From Eledone cirrhosa (taxonomy: Eukaryota): a stretch of 64,000 bases of DNA. The stretch is taken from contig OZ024747.1 of the NCBI GenBank assembly GCA_964016885.1, positions 35,278,001 through 35,342,000 on the forward strand, given 5' to 3'. The translations under genes and the position numbers were made by a program. Positions within the stretch are counted from its first letter, which is position 1. The number at the start of each line of letters is the position of its first letter. The notes beneath the pieces were generated by a model. The model made no database searches. It saw only the letters and a program-made list of their open reading frames with translations, and was not told the DNA's origin. Below are positions 59,411-64,000 of the stretch, piece by piece.

Positions 59411-61168
59411 GTATTATAATAAAGCTCTCTCTGAATCTGGTTATAAACAATCAATTTATTACATACCTGAATGCCATAACACAGCAACTCACCATAATAA
59501 ACTTAACACTAGAACTAGAAATACCTTAGCATATAGCCAGCTCCGCCGGAATTTTAGCAGTAACAGCACCTATACAGGGAACTTTAATGGTGGCAACGGC
59601 CTGCTCCCCACTCCAAGTAGCAAACTAAAAATGAACCCTAGAATAGGAATGAGAAATGGGATGACAAATAACAAATCCCCAGGTAATAATAACCCTAGGA
59701 AGGCCCCTACCAACTCCACTAGAACCGCTAGAAGGAATAGACCTAGAAATATCACCTGGCTCTACCCCCCATTCTCATCTAATCTAGACACTAATATCCC
59801 CAAACGCTTCTTCTCTATCCTATCCAAACACTTCCCCCAACCATAGATATTGCAAACTCTTTAATAAAAATAACATTAAAATCTCATTCTCCACAACACC
59901 TAACCTAGCTAGCCACATCGCGTTCAGTAACCATCATAAGGTAAGACAGTATAACTCCCACATCGCGGTACCACCACTCCTATCAAATACACCACGCCAC
60001 TACACCAATAATTACTCCAGTAGCAATCCTCCCCCATCTAATCCTTCTAGCACCGACCTACCGCTTAGGTTAAACAACCCTTCTCTCAGTAACCGCAGAA
60101 GCAACTGCAACTGCCGTTACCCCAATGCATGCCCATTAAATGGACACTGCCTGACACCCAACATAGTCTATAGGTGCACGGTTGAGACTGCTTCGAATAC
60201 CAGCTCTTATATCGGTCTACCTCTAACTCTTTTAAGGTCCGCTATAATGCGCACTCTTTTTCCTTCCGAGACCCTAACAACAGATGTTCGACATCGCTCG
60301 CTAGGCTCATTAAAAACCTTAAATTAAACAACGTTGAACAGTCACTAAAATGGGATATCGTGGCTAGGGCCCAACCGTTCAATGGACGAAGAAGATCTTG
60401 TGATCTCTGTGTTACGGAAACATATTACATAACTCTATCACGACCTCTACCGATTAACGATAGAACGGAGGTAACCATTAGCTGTCAACATCGAAAGGTT
60501 AATTCCTTCGCCAATAGAATGTTTGACCCAACTTAGTCATGTAGCTCCATTTTCACTTGTAGCTAATAAGTTAAATTGCTATGAACAACTCGATAATTAT
60601 AAGTTACCTCCCCTACATTGTCTCACAATTAAACAAATTTAAAAATTAGCACTTAACTATAAACACTCATAATTTCTAATCTCTCGAGAAGTTACTTCCC
60701 CTGAAACCACTCTCCAATTAGTAAGGTAAATATGGTCTTTGGCAGCCATATTGTTACCCATAGGCAGATCTCACACAATACAGCCTCGACAGATGAATAC
60801 TGCTTGATAATGGCTGACAACTGATGCAACCAAAAACCATAGTAAAAACCAATATATGGAACACTATATTATGTAACATTATCCCATTATTTTAATTGAT
60901 ATTCCTTTGAACTTCCGATGAGCCACTCTGTTTTTTAAATATGTTAATTATTTTCCACTGAACCAGATCAATTATGATATATAATCATCTAATCCAGAAA
61001 TATCATATGGAGTAGTGAAACAATTGTAAACGGACATTATTATTATTAATATTATTATTATTATTATTATTCTTTACATTCCTTACATCAAATTAAAATA
61101 TGATTACAATCTTTTAAAAATGTTTTCCTTGTGAAGTTTGTGGCCTTGTTTTGCTTAACTAATGAATA
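59410..61168 (+). mobile_element. Family F PLE 3' part: thumb/linker, GIY-YIG, 3' UTR and pLTR with HHR (60912-61031)
   Basis: RNITWLYPPFSSNLDTNIPKRFFSILSKHFP; NCNCRYPNACPLNGHCLTPNIVY; W.IVARAQPFNGRRRSCDLCVTE. Confidence 0.9.
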
Positions 61169-61218
61169 TATTGGCAACATGACCCTCCCAAAGTATAACA
61201 ATATATATATAGAGATAA

Positions 61219-64000
<2,782 letters not shown>

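Overview
AT-rich animal genomic DNA. The tRNA-derived SINE resembles octopus-type SINEs, so an octopod cephalopod is my best guess. No intact host gene is recognisable. Positions 1-~26292 are a single 45-bp tandem satellite (~580 units) with clear higher-order structure. Its minus strand reads as long open (LCCSNSDTGVKTLVY)n frames, which are probably non-coding. Positions ~26300-64000 are a nest of decayed transposons sitting in or next to (TA)n microsatellites: Penelope-like retroelements (PLEs; RT and GIY-YIG remnants of two types), about ten distinct families of PLE terminal repeats (pLTRs) carrying type I hammerhead ribozyme (HHR) motifs, Helitron remnants, eight SINE copies and a 5'-inverted RTE-type LINE fragment. 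The pLTRs often occur as head-to-head hairpins. The most notable structures are (1) a retrozyme-like unit at 44778-45820, where two direct HHR-bearing repeats 817 bp apart enclose a captured SINE and a Helitron piece copied from the adjacent locus, (2) HHR core variants conserved across copies (CCGANGA) or showing compensatory changes (TTGANAA), plus very long stem II inserts, and (3) a nested palindrome of about 4 kb at 59410-63545. All calls are by eye and coordinates are approximate to a few bases. HHR family letters are my own labels.
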